Source of the DNA: the human T2T-CHM13v2.0 reference genome, Homo sapiens | Assembly (NCBI RefSeq): GCF_009914755.1 | Contig: NC_060931.1 | Direction: 5' to 3' (one strand) | DNA length: 64,000 nucleotides | Part shown: piece after piece, positions 1 to 11,659 of the stretch | Layout: each line of letters opens with the position of its first letter | Position numbering within the stretch: the stretch's first letter is position 1 | Translations under genes and position numbers: made by a program | The notes under the pieces: model-generated | Told to the model about the DNA's origin: nothing | Database searches by the model: none | Seen by the model: only the letters and a program-made list of their open reading frames with translations

Positions 1-1790
1 GGAGATCTATAAATCACTGCTCAAAACAATCAGAGATAATTCAAATAAATGAAAAAACATTTCATCCACATGGATAAGAAGAATCAATATCGTGAAAATG
101 GACATACTGCCCAAAGCAATTTACAGATTCAATGCTATTCCTCTTTTTTTATTTGTTTAAACTAATTCAATTCTCATTTTATTTTATTTTATTTTATTAT
201 TATTATACTTTAAGTTTTAGGGTACATGTGCACAACATGTAGGTTTGTTACATATGTATACTGCGATTCTTCACAAAACTAGAATAAACTATTTTAAAAT
301 TCACATGGAAGCAGAAAAGAGCCTAAATAGCCAAAGCAATTCTAATCAAAAAGAAGAAAGCTGGAAGCATCACACCACCTGACTTCAAACTATCCTACAG
401 GGATACAGTAACCAAAACAGCATGGCATTGGTATAAAAATACAGACAAAAACCAATGGAAACGAATAGAAAACCCAGAAATAAGACCACACACCTACAAC
501 TATCTGATCTTCAACAAACTTGACAAAAACAAGCAATGGGGAAAGGATTCCCTACTCAATAAATGATGCTGGGATAACTGGCTAGCCATGTGCAGAAGAC
601 TGAAAATGGACCTCTTTCTTACTCCATATACAAAAATTAACTCAAGATGGATTAAAGACTTACTTAAATGTAAAAGCCAAAACTATAAAAGCTCTGGAAA
701 ACATCTTAGACAATACCATTCTGGCCATAGGCACAGGCAAAGATTTCATGATGAGGACACCAAAAACAATTGCATCAAAAGCAAAATTTGACAAATGGGA
801 CCTAATTAAAGAGCTTCTGTGCAGCAAAACTGTCATCAGATTAAACAGACAACCTACAGAATGGGAGAAATTTTTTTGTAAACTATATATCTAACAAAGG
901 TCTAATATTCAGCATCCATAAAGAACTTTAACGAATTTACAAGAAAAAAAAGTCCTATTAAAAAGTGGGCAAAGGACATGATAAAACTCTTTTCAAAGGA
1001 AGACATGCATGTAGCCAACAAGCATATGAAAGAAAGCCCAACATCACTGATCATTAGGGAAATACAAATCAAAACCACAATGAGATACCATTTCACACCA
1101 GTCAGAATGGCTGTCATTAAAAAGTCAAAAAAAAAAAAACCACCCAGATGCTTGTGAGGTTGTGGAGAAAAAGGAACACTTATACACTGTTGGTGGTAGT
1201 GTAAATTAGTTCAACCATTGTGGGAGACAGTGTGTGATTCCTCATAGACCTAAAGACAGAAATACCATTCAAACCAGCAGTCTCATTACTGGATATATAC
1301 CCAAAGGAATATAAATCATTCTATTTTAAAGATACAGGCATACATATGTTCACTGCAGCACTATTCACTATAGCAAAGACACGGAATGACCATCAATAAT
1401 AGACTGAATAAGGAAATGTGGTACATATACACCATGGAATACTATGCAGCCATAAAAAAAGAATGAGACCATGTCCTTTGCAGGGACATGGATGGAGCTG
1501 GAGGCCATTATCCTTAGCAGACCAACATAGGAACAGAAAACCAAATACCACATGTTTTCTCTTAAAAGTGGGAGTTGAATTATGAGAGAAATGGACACAT
1601 AGAGAGAAACAACATACACTGGGGCCTGTCAGAGGGAGAAGGGAAAAGATCAGGAAAAATAAATAATGGGTACTAGGCTTAATACCTGGGTAATGAAATA
1701 ATCTATACAACAAACCCCATGACACAGGTTCACCCATGTAACAAACCTGCATATGTATCTCAGAGCTTAAAATAAAATTAAAAAAAGAAG
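1..1790 (+). mobile_element. L1 (L1PA13-16-like), 3' part of ORF2 plus 3' UTR and A-tail, degenerate
   Basis: ORF2 C-terminal remnants ([15 protein letters not shown] in ORF 588..791); 3' UTR GGATCAGGAAAAATAA..GGGTACTAGGCTTAATACCTGGG-type motif; A-rich end near 1770-1790. Confidence 0.9.
144..261 (-). mobile_element. Short 5'-truncated younger L1PA 3' end inserted in the older L1
   Basis: TTATTATACTTTAAGTTTTAGGGTACATGTGCACAAC is the reverse complement of the young L1PA terminus, preceded by a (TTTTA)n tail. Confidence 0.85.
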
Positions 1791-1910
1791 ATTCACTACA
1801 AAAAAAAGAAAATAAAGCTGCAATGTGCACCCTTGTAGACATACCTTTACACACATTTAAATGTTCTTATAAATTCCAGGGTTTTAATATTTAAGACAGA
1901 AGATAAGGCA

Positions 1911-2216
1911 TTTGTTTGTTTGTTTGTTTGTTTGGAGACAGAGTCTCTCTCTATTGCCCAGGCTGGAGTGCAGTGGCGCAATTTAGGCTCACTGCAACCT
2001 CTGCTTCCTGGTTCAAACAATTCTCCTGCCTCAGCCTCCCATGTAGCTGAGACTACAGGCACATGCCACCACGCCTGGCTGATTTTCTTTATATTTTAGT
2101 AGAGATGGGGTTTCACCATGTTGCCTAGGTGGTCTCAAACTCCTGAGTTCAGGCAATCCGCCCGCCTTGGCCTCCCTAAGTGCTAGGATTACAGGCGTGA
2201 GCCACTGCACCTGGCC
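1911..2216 (-). mobile_element. Alu, full length (AluS-like)
   Basis: (TTTG)n tail, GAGACAGAGTCTC...GTGAGCCACTGCACCTGGCC. Confidence 0.95.
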
Positions 2217-2509
2217 TGACATTTTTAATTTGGTTTGCATAGTTCCACCATTTTTCTACTCCTTATAGAAGTGTGAGAGTGCCCATTTCTAAGAAATCTA
2301 TGAAATAATATTTTTTTTTACTTTGTCAGTTTTGTTGGTAAACATTTCAACTCATTAATCATTTTTAGAGAGTAAAAATGTAAAAGAATTAATCTCTACT
2401 ATAAAAAAATTAAAAGAATTTCTATAGGCCAAAAGATAATGATATCACATAGAAATCTAGTTTATAAGAAAGAATGGAGAACAGCATAAAAAGTAAATTG
2501 GTCAGTAAT

Positions 2510-4200
2510 TATTAGCAGCCCTTGAAATTACTTCTATACTTACACATATTTTGTTGTCTTCCTAAAGATAATTAACATTTAAATAAAAAATAATAACAAA
2601 AATATGTTTATAGAATATTTAGAAGTAAAATATCTGACAACTGAAAAATATATTGTCATAAATTTCTTAAATTTTTATGACATAATAGGATTTTTTAATA
2701 TAGACTGTGAAAAATTATAAATGCATATTTGTTATCTAAAGAAACACCACTGGAAAACAGAAAGAGGAATGACTAAAATGAGATAAAATGTGTACTTACA
2801 AAAATTAAATATAAACATTAAAGCATAAAAGGTTTGAAATCTAAAGGATTTTTTAAAAAAGATTCATTATGTAAACAGTAAGCATAAAAAACCTGGTACA
2901 GCTATAATAATACCTAGCAAAAAACTTGAGGATAAATAGTATTACCTAGAAATTAGAAAACATATTTAATTGGATGATAATAAATGCACAACAAATTAAA
3001 ATTAGTGAAATGCATCTAACTCAATTCTTAAAGGAAATGTATAGTTTTAAATGTAACATTAGATGAGTAGAAAGGTATAAAGCAATGACTTTTGTTTCCA
3101 AGTTTAGAATCTTTGAACAGTAAAAATAGAACCTAAAATAAACATAATAAACAAAATAATAAAATTAAAATAGAAAAAAGAAACACAAAAATAATAGAGA
3201 AAATCAACAAAACCAGAAGTTAATTCTTTGATGAAATTAACGGAATTAATAAGTCACTAGAATGACTTTTAATAAATGAGAGAGAGAGAAAGACCCAATG
3301 TAACACAAAGAATGAAAAGAGGAACTTCCTCAGAGATGCTGCTAAAACTACCAGTCTAATAATGGAATATCATGAACAACTTTATCCCAATAAGTTTAAA
3401 AACTTAGATTAAATGAAAAAAATTATTAAGGCATAAATCACCAAAACTGATTAAAGAAAAAATAGAAATGCTAAATAGCCATCTAGCCAATAAATAAACT
3501 CAATTATAATTAAACAAATATCCTCAGCTCCCCTACACACACACACACAAACACACACATACACACACACAGAGGAATAAACAAAAAATACTTTAGGCCC
3601 AGACAGCATCACCAGCAAATCTCAATAAACATTTAAATAATAATCCATACTAATTGTATACAAAAATTTCAGAAAATACAGAAGAATGAACATTAACAAC
3701 TCATTTACTCATCTTATGAGGCCAGTATTTCTCATTATCAATACCAGACAAGAACATTACAAGAAAATAGATTATTGACAAAATGTTTTTGAAAAATATA
3801 TTCAGAAATTCTTAAAAGTATAAATCAAATCCAACAATATTTAGAGCTCAGATACCATACTCAAGTTGAGTATATCACAGCAACTCAAGATTAGTTTAAT
3901 ATATGATAATCTATTGATATAATTCACTGCTTTTGTAGCTTAAGGCCAAAAATGTTATATAAATATTTAATAGATGAAGTTGGCATTTGACAAAAAAAGC
4001 CCCTATAATTTCCAAGCCTCTTAGCAAACTAGGAACAGAAGGAAACTTCTTCAATGTGATAAGTGACAATCTACAAAAATTCGCATTTAATATATTTAAC
4101 AGTGAAATATTAGATATTTTCCTTCTAAGATGATGTAAAAGGGAAAGATGTCTGACCTAGTGACACCTATTGAACAATCTATCAGAATTGACAATATTTT
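2510..4200 (+). mobile_element. Old L1M ORF2 remnant
   Basis: A-rich degenerate ORF2 motifs (AAAATCAACAAAACCAGAAGTTAATTCTTTG; CTTATGAGGCCAGTATT; CTCTTAGCAAACTAGGAACAGAAGGAAACTTC). Confidence 0.75.
3535..3570. repeat. Imperfect (CA)n microsatellite
   Basis: acacacacacacacaaacacacacatacacacacac. Confidence 0.9.
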
Positions 4201-6235
4201 GCTAAAGAGAAATAAGAAAATTATAGCAATAAATGCAGAAAAATAATAAAGATCTCAAATCAATGCCTTTATTATTCACCTAAAGAAACTAGTAAAAGAA
4301 AACAAACCCCAACTTATGCAGAAGAAAGCAAAAATAAAGATCAGTGTGGTAAACAACAAAGGGGAAAACAAGAAAATCATAGAAAAATCCAATTAAAACT
4401 TTGAGAACACCAATAAAATTGAGGAACCTCTTGTCAGACTAATCATGAAAAAAAGAAAACACAAATAACAATGTGAAGAATAAGAGCAGTGACATCACTA
4501 AATTTTTTTAAATTTTTAAATGGCAATCAAGGAATACTATGAATAGCTTTGTGCCAATAAATTCAAGAACTTTGATGGAATCAACAAATTCTTTGACAAA
4601 CTCAAATTTCCAAAGCTTAGTCAAGAATAAATAAATAACTTTAAAAGCCCTATATCAATTAACTATTGGAATTTGCACTTAAAAATATTTTCACAAAAAA
4701 CACCTTAAGCAGCACAAAACTTCAATGGTGAATGCTAGCAGAAACTTATGAAAAAATATCAATCCCAAAAATTATAATTTAAACTAAAACTAAAATTTAA
4801 AGAGGAAGAAATTACTTTCCAACTTATTCTTTGATCCAGCATTACTGATTCCAAATCCAAAGTCACTACAAAACAAAACTTCATGCCAACATCCCTTTTT
4901 TAAGAGAAACAATACACCATAACCAGGTGCAGGAATAAACACCTGGTTTAACATTTAGAAATCAATCAATATCAATATATAATTCACCATATTAAAATAC
5001 TTTTAAAAAAACCCAAGTAATAACATCAATAATTGAAGACAAAGCTTTGGACAATGTCTCACAGATCTAATAAAACTCTCAATGAACTAGGCATATAAGG
5101 AAACTTTCTTAACCTCATAAAGTGCATATACAAAAAAAACTTATTGTTTACATCATACTCACTTATTGTGAAAATTAAACACTATTTCTCTAAGATTATG
5201 AACCTAGCCTGAGCAATAAGACATAAAAAAGAATCAAAATTAGACATATTGGTGAGAAAGAAATAAAAACGCTCATATCAGGAAATGATCTGATCATCTA
5301 TTTAAAAATCCTATGAAATCTATAAAAAACTATTAGAATAAATGAATTTAGCAAGATCAGTATATAAAAAGTATATTTCTGTATACTAACCATGTAAAAT
5401 TAGAAATAGAAATTAAAAATCAATAACAAATAGCATCAAAATTATGAAATACTTAAGAGTAAATCTGACAAAGAAATGGAAAGCCTATACTATAAACTAT
5501 AAAACTATAAAACATTGTTGAGAGAATTAAAAACCTAAACGAATAGATGTAGTGTGCTTATAAATTGCAAGTTCAAATATTGTTAATGTAAGAACATGTA
5601 TGAAGAGCAAATATGCTCATGAAAATTTGCTTAACTTCATTAGTGATTAGAGAAATGCAATCAAAACCCAAAAGATACACTATTACACACTACTAGAATG
5701 TCTGAAGTTGAAAAGACTGACTATATCAAGTTCTGTAAAGGATGCAAAAGAACTAGAACTTTCATACACATAATCACTTTGGAAAACTATTTGGCAGCTT
5801 CTAAAAACTGAATACATTTACCTACCACATGATCAGACATTCCACTTCTAGGTGTTTACTCAAAAGAAATGAAAGTATGTGTATACACACACTTAAACGA
5901 AATATTCATAGCTTCTGTAAAACTAAAAACTGAAAATAATCCAAATGTCCATCACCAAGTGGATGGATAAACAAATTGTGATATATCCATACAATGAAAT
6001 TCTACTCATCATTAAAAAGGAATGTCCCATTGATATGCACATGAACATTCAAGAATTTTAGAATAATTATGCTGAGTGAGATCACAAAGTGAAATGAGAA
6101 AACTTTGCAGTGAACAATACTTTTAATTTCTTGATTGTAGTGATGATTTCACAAGAGTCACAACTTAGCAAATTATACACTTCAAACTCGTGGAACTTAT
6201 TATTTCAATTGTACCTTAATAAAGCTGTTAAAAAC
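4200..6235 (+). mobile_element. Second old L1M (L1MC/ME-like), ORF2 remnant plus 3' UTR with internal deletions
   Basis: Same ORF2 motifs recur; 3' UTR CATTCCACTTCTAGGTGTTTACTCAAAAGAAATGAAA ... CTTAATAAAGCTGTTAAAAA. Confidence 0.75.
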
Positions 6236-7774
6236 TAAAAGAAAATAGATAAGTACTAATATGAGAAGATGTATAAGAAATATCAAGTAAAAAATATCAG
6301 GGGAATAATATGTATATTATGATCCTAATTTTGTACAAAAATGATACATGTACATGTTTGCATAAAACTAAAAATCTAAAAATAGAAATTTACACTCACA
6401 GTGGACCACATAAGAGAGGTAGAGAAGGATTAGGGAATAGCAGTAAGTAGGATTTTTGCTTTATACATAACACATTTTCACAAAAAGCAAACTATTAATT
6501 TGACATTTAATTTACATAAATAATGGCCTTAAAGGAATTAGGACTCCCTCATATATATATGTTATAACTCTTTCTGTCTCATTCCTGATTTGTATTTCAC
6601 CAAGAAAAATTATTTTTTATTTCAAGATGTGCAGCACAAAGTGAGTGTTTGCCTTTTCTAAGGTTATTTTTTAAATTTTAGACTTTAGTCTTGTAGTTTT
6701 GGCTACTCCAATATATGTATAGAGATATAGATAGATATATATTTAAATTAAAAAAAAAACTTTTGAACATCAGGTAAATAAAACCAAAATTTAAAATGAT
6801 GATAAACTAAATCTATATAGAAATATGTTTTTCATTCCAACTAGTAGTAAATTAAAATCTTTGTTAAATATTTAGACCCTGGTATATCTACAGATGGTCT
6901 CTCTGTGTGAGTGAAATCTAAAATAAACAGAAGAAAATAGCTAAAACAGTCAAAGTGGCAAACTTAGGACTCAGAAATCTGGCTGCCTCTAGGGGATAAT
7001 TGCATTTCTTTCCAGGTAACCTCTCACCTTGAATTAATGAGAACATGTAGATATTGTTTTTTAACTTTATCTCTATTTTGTATATAACAGATCAAAAGAA
7101 AAGAAACCACCAAAAAAAAAAATGCTCTATGAATCTTTACCCATAACAATCCTAGACTGAACATTTTCATAGATAGGTCAGTTTAAGGACACAACAAATT
7201 CTTTACATCTAAATAGCCAACATTTCAAATGGATAACAGCCTGATAATGTTATATAATTCTTATAAATTAATAATGAGATTTAAATGTCAAAACCCCCTA
7301 TAGTCAATAAAAGAAACCTATGGTAAAGAAACCTATGATTCCCACCTAGACATGTTGTTATAGAAATCATTTTTTACTTAAAATAACCTTGCAACATGGT
7401 AAATTGCCAACTTAACAAATGGTTTGTAACAAATCGTTTTTGTTCTAAAAATTCATTTGCAAATCTTATTATTTGGAAATTGAAATAATTTATTTGTTTA
7501 AAAAGCAATGCTGGATTTGGTTCCAGGCAAGATACTAAGGTTTAACATTACATAAAGTTTAAAATTACTAAGCTTATTTTAGTGCCTAACATATGTACAG
7601 CATATCCTGTGATTGCTAAGGAATAATAGAAACACCATTTCAAATATTGATTTTCATAAACAACATAATCCCCTCCTAAAGTGGTACTGAGGAGTTCCCA
7701 TTTTCTACATATTCTTCTTTCTGACATGAAGCAGAATCAAAAACAAAACTATAAAATGCCTTTATAAAGCAAAA

Positions 7775-8915
7775 CAAACTTCCTGTTCAAGATGGAAGAC
7801 TGAAAATATTCATTAATTTCATCTGCCTGTGTAGATCTATTAAGATGAAAATAAGTTAAAAGAGCATTGACTCACTAATATTTCGATTTCAACAAAACTC
7901 TGGAAAATGGGAAGAGGTTGAAAAGAAGTCAAGCATAACAGAAGAAACATAAACTAGAATGCATTCTGTAGTAACTTCTTTTGAGGGAGGAGCCAAACTG
8001 TCTACCAAACCCCACAGAAGCTCTGCACTCAAAAATGGTGAAACACTATAGATTGGAAATAAAAATTAGGACTGAAACATAGTTTATTTAAAATTCTGTA
8101 TACTGACATGCAACCCCCACACAGAATGACTGACAACCAGGTATTTATTTTAAACTAAAATTCAGGGGGTTCTTTGTGCTGCATAAAGCAGGTTAATTTG
8201 CAGTTAGATGAGAATAGCTCTGTGAGTATCTCCAGAATGCCTACCAGTGAGATATAAATGACCATTCATTAATTGTGCCACGGTTCCCCTGAAACCAAGA
8301 TATCTTGTACATATCTTGATAGTTTGTAATGTGAAAATGAAGCATGTCCTGTGCAACTGAGAAAATATTCAAGTGTGATGCAACTTTGCCTGCATTTTAT
8401 CTCTTCTGTTATACAGAATTGCCCTTACTTTTTTATTAAAGCCTTACCTGAGTATACCCTGTGTAGTCTTAAGAGTCCTTTCAACTATCTGAACTTGAGC
8501 AGTTTCTGTATTTACTAAATGAATGGAATAAAATATATGGACAGAAGTTGGCAAATTACTAAGGGTGTGGCATCCAAAGTGATGTACTCCAATTTTTACT
8601 GCTTAGGGTCTCATAAATTAATGTACACTCACTCTAAAGTAAAACCAGCCAGTTTACAAATCCCTACTTATACAAAGCATATAATTCTTTCACTCTTAAA
8701 TGAATTAGCAAAAAGGAATCGCTAGACATTTGTGGGGGGAAATATACTTGACTTGAAACACAAATAATAAGATAAATAAATAAGAAAACTGACCAAGGAG
8801 GAAACAGATATAACCTAAGAAAACAATATTCTAAAAAATCACCATCCTCAGTGAGACTCAAGAAAATACAATAAGTCAAATTATAATACTTTGCAATTAA
8901 GTCAAATGTTTGAAA
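7775..8915 (+). mobile_element. Probable old L1M 5' UTR/ORF1 start (continues at about 16510)
   Basis: Begins ACTTCCTGTTCAAGATGGAAGACTGA, typical of L1M 5' ends; highly degenerate. Confidence 0.45.
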
Positions 8916-8918
8916 ATT

Positions 8919-9020
8919 AAAATTACTATATAATTTTATATAGTAATTTTATATATTACTATAAAATATTATATTTTATATTTATATATTATATAATATT
9001 AAATATTATATAATATATAT
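8919..9020. repeat. AT-rich low-complexity tract made of three perfect inverted repeats
   Basis: Arms of 15, 10 and 18 bp read directly. Confidence 0.9.
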
Positions 9021-9722
9021 CAGCTCTCAGCTTTCCCCCAGGGAGGGAAAGTATTGATCCATGTATCCAATATCCCAACTTCTCTGGGATGCCTAAAAAC
9101 CTGGCAACATACTTGTCATTCTTGAAACTCTGCTGGGTTCAGCACAGATTAACCACCTGGGAGAAAATGAAGATGATATCTTGGGATGGTATATCCCATA
9201 GCTCTGCACCACTGGCTGAGTACAGAGTAAGCAGACAAAAATCAGCTACCTGCTGATTTTTGTATGTTGATTCTGTATCCTGACATTTTACTAAATGTGT
9301 TAACTCCAACAGCCATTTTATAGAGTCTTTAAGGTTTTGTGTATATGATTATATCTTCTGAAAACAGGAACAATTTATTTTCAGTTTGGATGCCTTTTAT
9401 AATGCACTATAAATGAACTAACTGAATAGGAAATTTTTTAAAAATCACATTTATATTAGCACCAAAAAGAATAAAATACTAAGGAATAAGCTTAATCAAG
9501 GAAGTGAAAAACTTGTGTACTGAAAACTACAAAATATTAATTAAATTAAAGAAAAAACAATTAGAAAGAAATTCTGTATTCATGAATGGAAGACTTAATA
9601 TTGTTAAAATATCGATACTACTCAAAGTGATCTACAAATTCAATGAATTCTGTACTAAAATACCAATGAATTTTTTTTACAGAAATAGAAAATCAATTCT
9701 ACTGTTCATATGTATTATAATC

Positions 9723-10097
9723 TGATAGGGTTTGGCTGTGTCCCCACTCAAATCTCATAATGAATTGTAATTCCCATAATCCCACGTGTTGTGGAAGGGA
9801 CTCAATGGGAGGTAATTGAATCATAGGGGTGGTTTCCCCCATGCTGTACTTATAAGAGTGAGTGAGTTCTCACGAGATCTTATGGTTTTATAAGAGGGTT
9901 TTCTCCACTTTACTCAGCACTTCTCCTTCCTGCCACCATGTGAAGAAGGACGTGTTTGCTTCCCCTTCCACCATGATTGTAAGTTTACTGAGGCCTCCCC
10001 AGCCATGCTGAACTGTAAGTCAAATAAACCTCTTCCCTTTATAAATTGCCCAGTCTTGGATATGTCTTTATTAACAGTGTGAGAACAAACTAATACT
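9723..10097 (+). mobile_element. THE1D-like solo LTR
   Basis: TGATAGGGTTTGGCTGTGTCCCCACTCAAATCTC ... CTAATAC; TSD TAATC/TAGTC. Confidence 0.9.
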
Positions 10098-10216
10098 TAG
10101 TCTGAATGCTTAACTCCTCCCAAAATTCATGTTGAAATTAATCACTCATATGATGGCTTGAGGAGGAGGGGCTTTTTGGAGTTGAGGATGAAGGCTTCAT
10201 CAATGGAATTAGTGCC

Positions 10217-10581
10217 TGATATGGTTTGGCTCTGTGTCCACACCCAAATCTCATCTCAAATTGTAGTCCCCACGTGTCAAGGGAGGAACTTGGTGGGAGG
10301 TGATTAGATTATGAGGGTGGTTTCCCCCATGCTGTTCTTGTGACAGTGAGTGAGCGCTCAAAAAATCTGATGGTTTTAAAGTGTGGCACTTGCCCTTTGC
10401 TCGCTCTCTCTTCTGTCACCATGTAAGACTTGCCATGCTTCCCCTTCAACTTCTACCATGATTGTAAGTTTTCTGAGACCTCCCCAGCCATGTGGAACTG
10501 TGACTCAATTAAACCTCTTTCCTTTATCAATTACCAAGTCTTAGATGGTATCTTTATAGCAGTGTAAAATGGGCTAATACA
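10217..10581 (+). mobile_element. THE1D/MSTA-like solo LTR
   Basis: TGATATGGTTTGGCTCTGTGTCC ... GGCTAATACA; perfect TSD GTGCC. Confidence 0.9.
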
Positions 10582-11659
10582 GTGCCCTTATAAAATAGAC
10601 CCATAAGAACTCGTTCACCCCTCCCACCACATTAGGACATAGCAAGAAGGTGACATAAATGAAACAGGTTCTCACCAGACACCAGATCTGCCAGCAACTT
10701 GATCTTGTACTTCCCAGCCTCCGTAACTGTGAAAAATAAATTTCTGTTGTTTATAAGCTGCCCAGTCTATGAATTTTGTTATAGCAACCTGAAAAGACTA
10801 AGACAATATGGAAATACAGAAGATCATGAATAGCCAAATCAATCCTGAGAAAGAAGAACAAAGCTGGAGGCATCACAGTTTCTGATTACAGGGTATCTTA
10901 GAAAGCTTCAGTAATTAAAACAGTGTGGTACTTGTTTAAATGCAGGCACACAGACTAGACTAATGTCATGGAATAGAGAGCCTAGAAATAAATCCAAATG
11001 TATACAATCAATTGATCTTCAAAAAGCATGTCAAAAATACACAGTGGGTGAAGTATAGTATCCTCAACAAATGGTGTTGGGTAAACTGGAATATGCAAAA
11101 TAAGAACATTGCATCCTGATTTTATACCATTACAAAAAACTCAAAGTGGATTAAAGGCTGAAATGTAAGACTTAAAAATGTAACCTCCCAGAAAAAAAAA
11201 TTAGGAAAATCTTTATGATATTGGCCTGGTAAATGATTTCATGAATATGACACCAAAAGCACAGGCAACAAAAACAAAAATAGACAAATGAGACTACATG
11301 AAACTAAAAAGCTTCTTCACAGTAAAGGAAACAACCTACAGAGTAAAAAAGCAACTAGTATAATGAAAGAAAATATTTCAAACAATATATCTAACAAGAG
11401 GTTAATCTTCAAAATATCTGAGGAATTTCTACAACTCAAGATCAAAAAACTAATAAATTAATTAAAAATGGGCTAAGGATGTGAAAAGATATTTCTCCAA
11501 ATAAGTCATACAAATGGCCAGCAGGTATATGAAACATGCTTAGTGACTAATAATTTAGGAAATAGAAGTTAAACTCACAATGATATATCACCTCAAACCT
11601 ATCAAGATGGCAAAAGACAGTGTTGATGAAAATGTGAGGAAGTTAGAATCTTTGTACAT

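Larger units (their letters stand above)
9713..10805 (+). mobile_element. MLT1A-like MaLR solo LTR interrupted by two THE1-type LTRs
   Basis: CCCAAAATTCATGTTGAAAT, GGAATTAGTGCCCTTATAAAA, end GACTAAGACA; TSD ATATG at 9708-9712 and 10806-10810. Confidence 0.85.
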
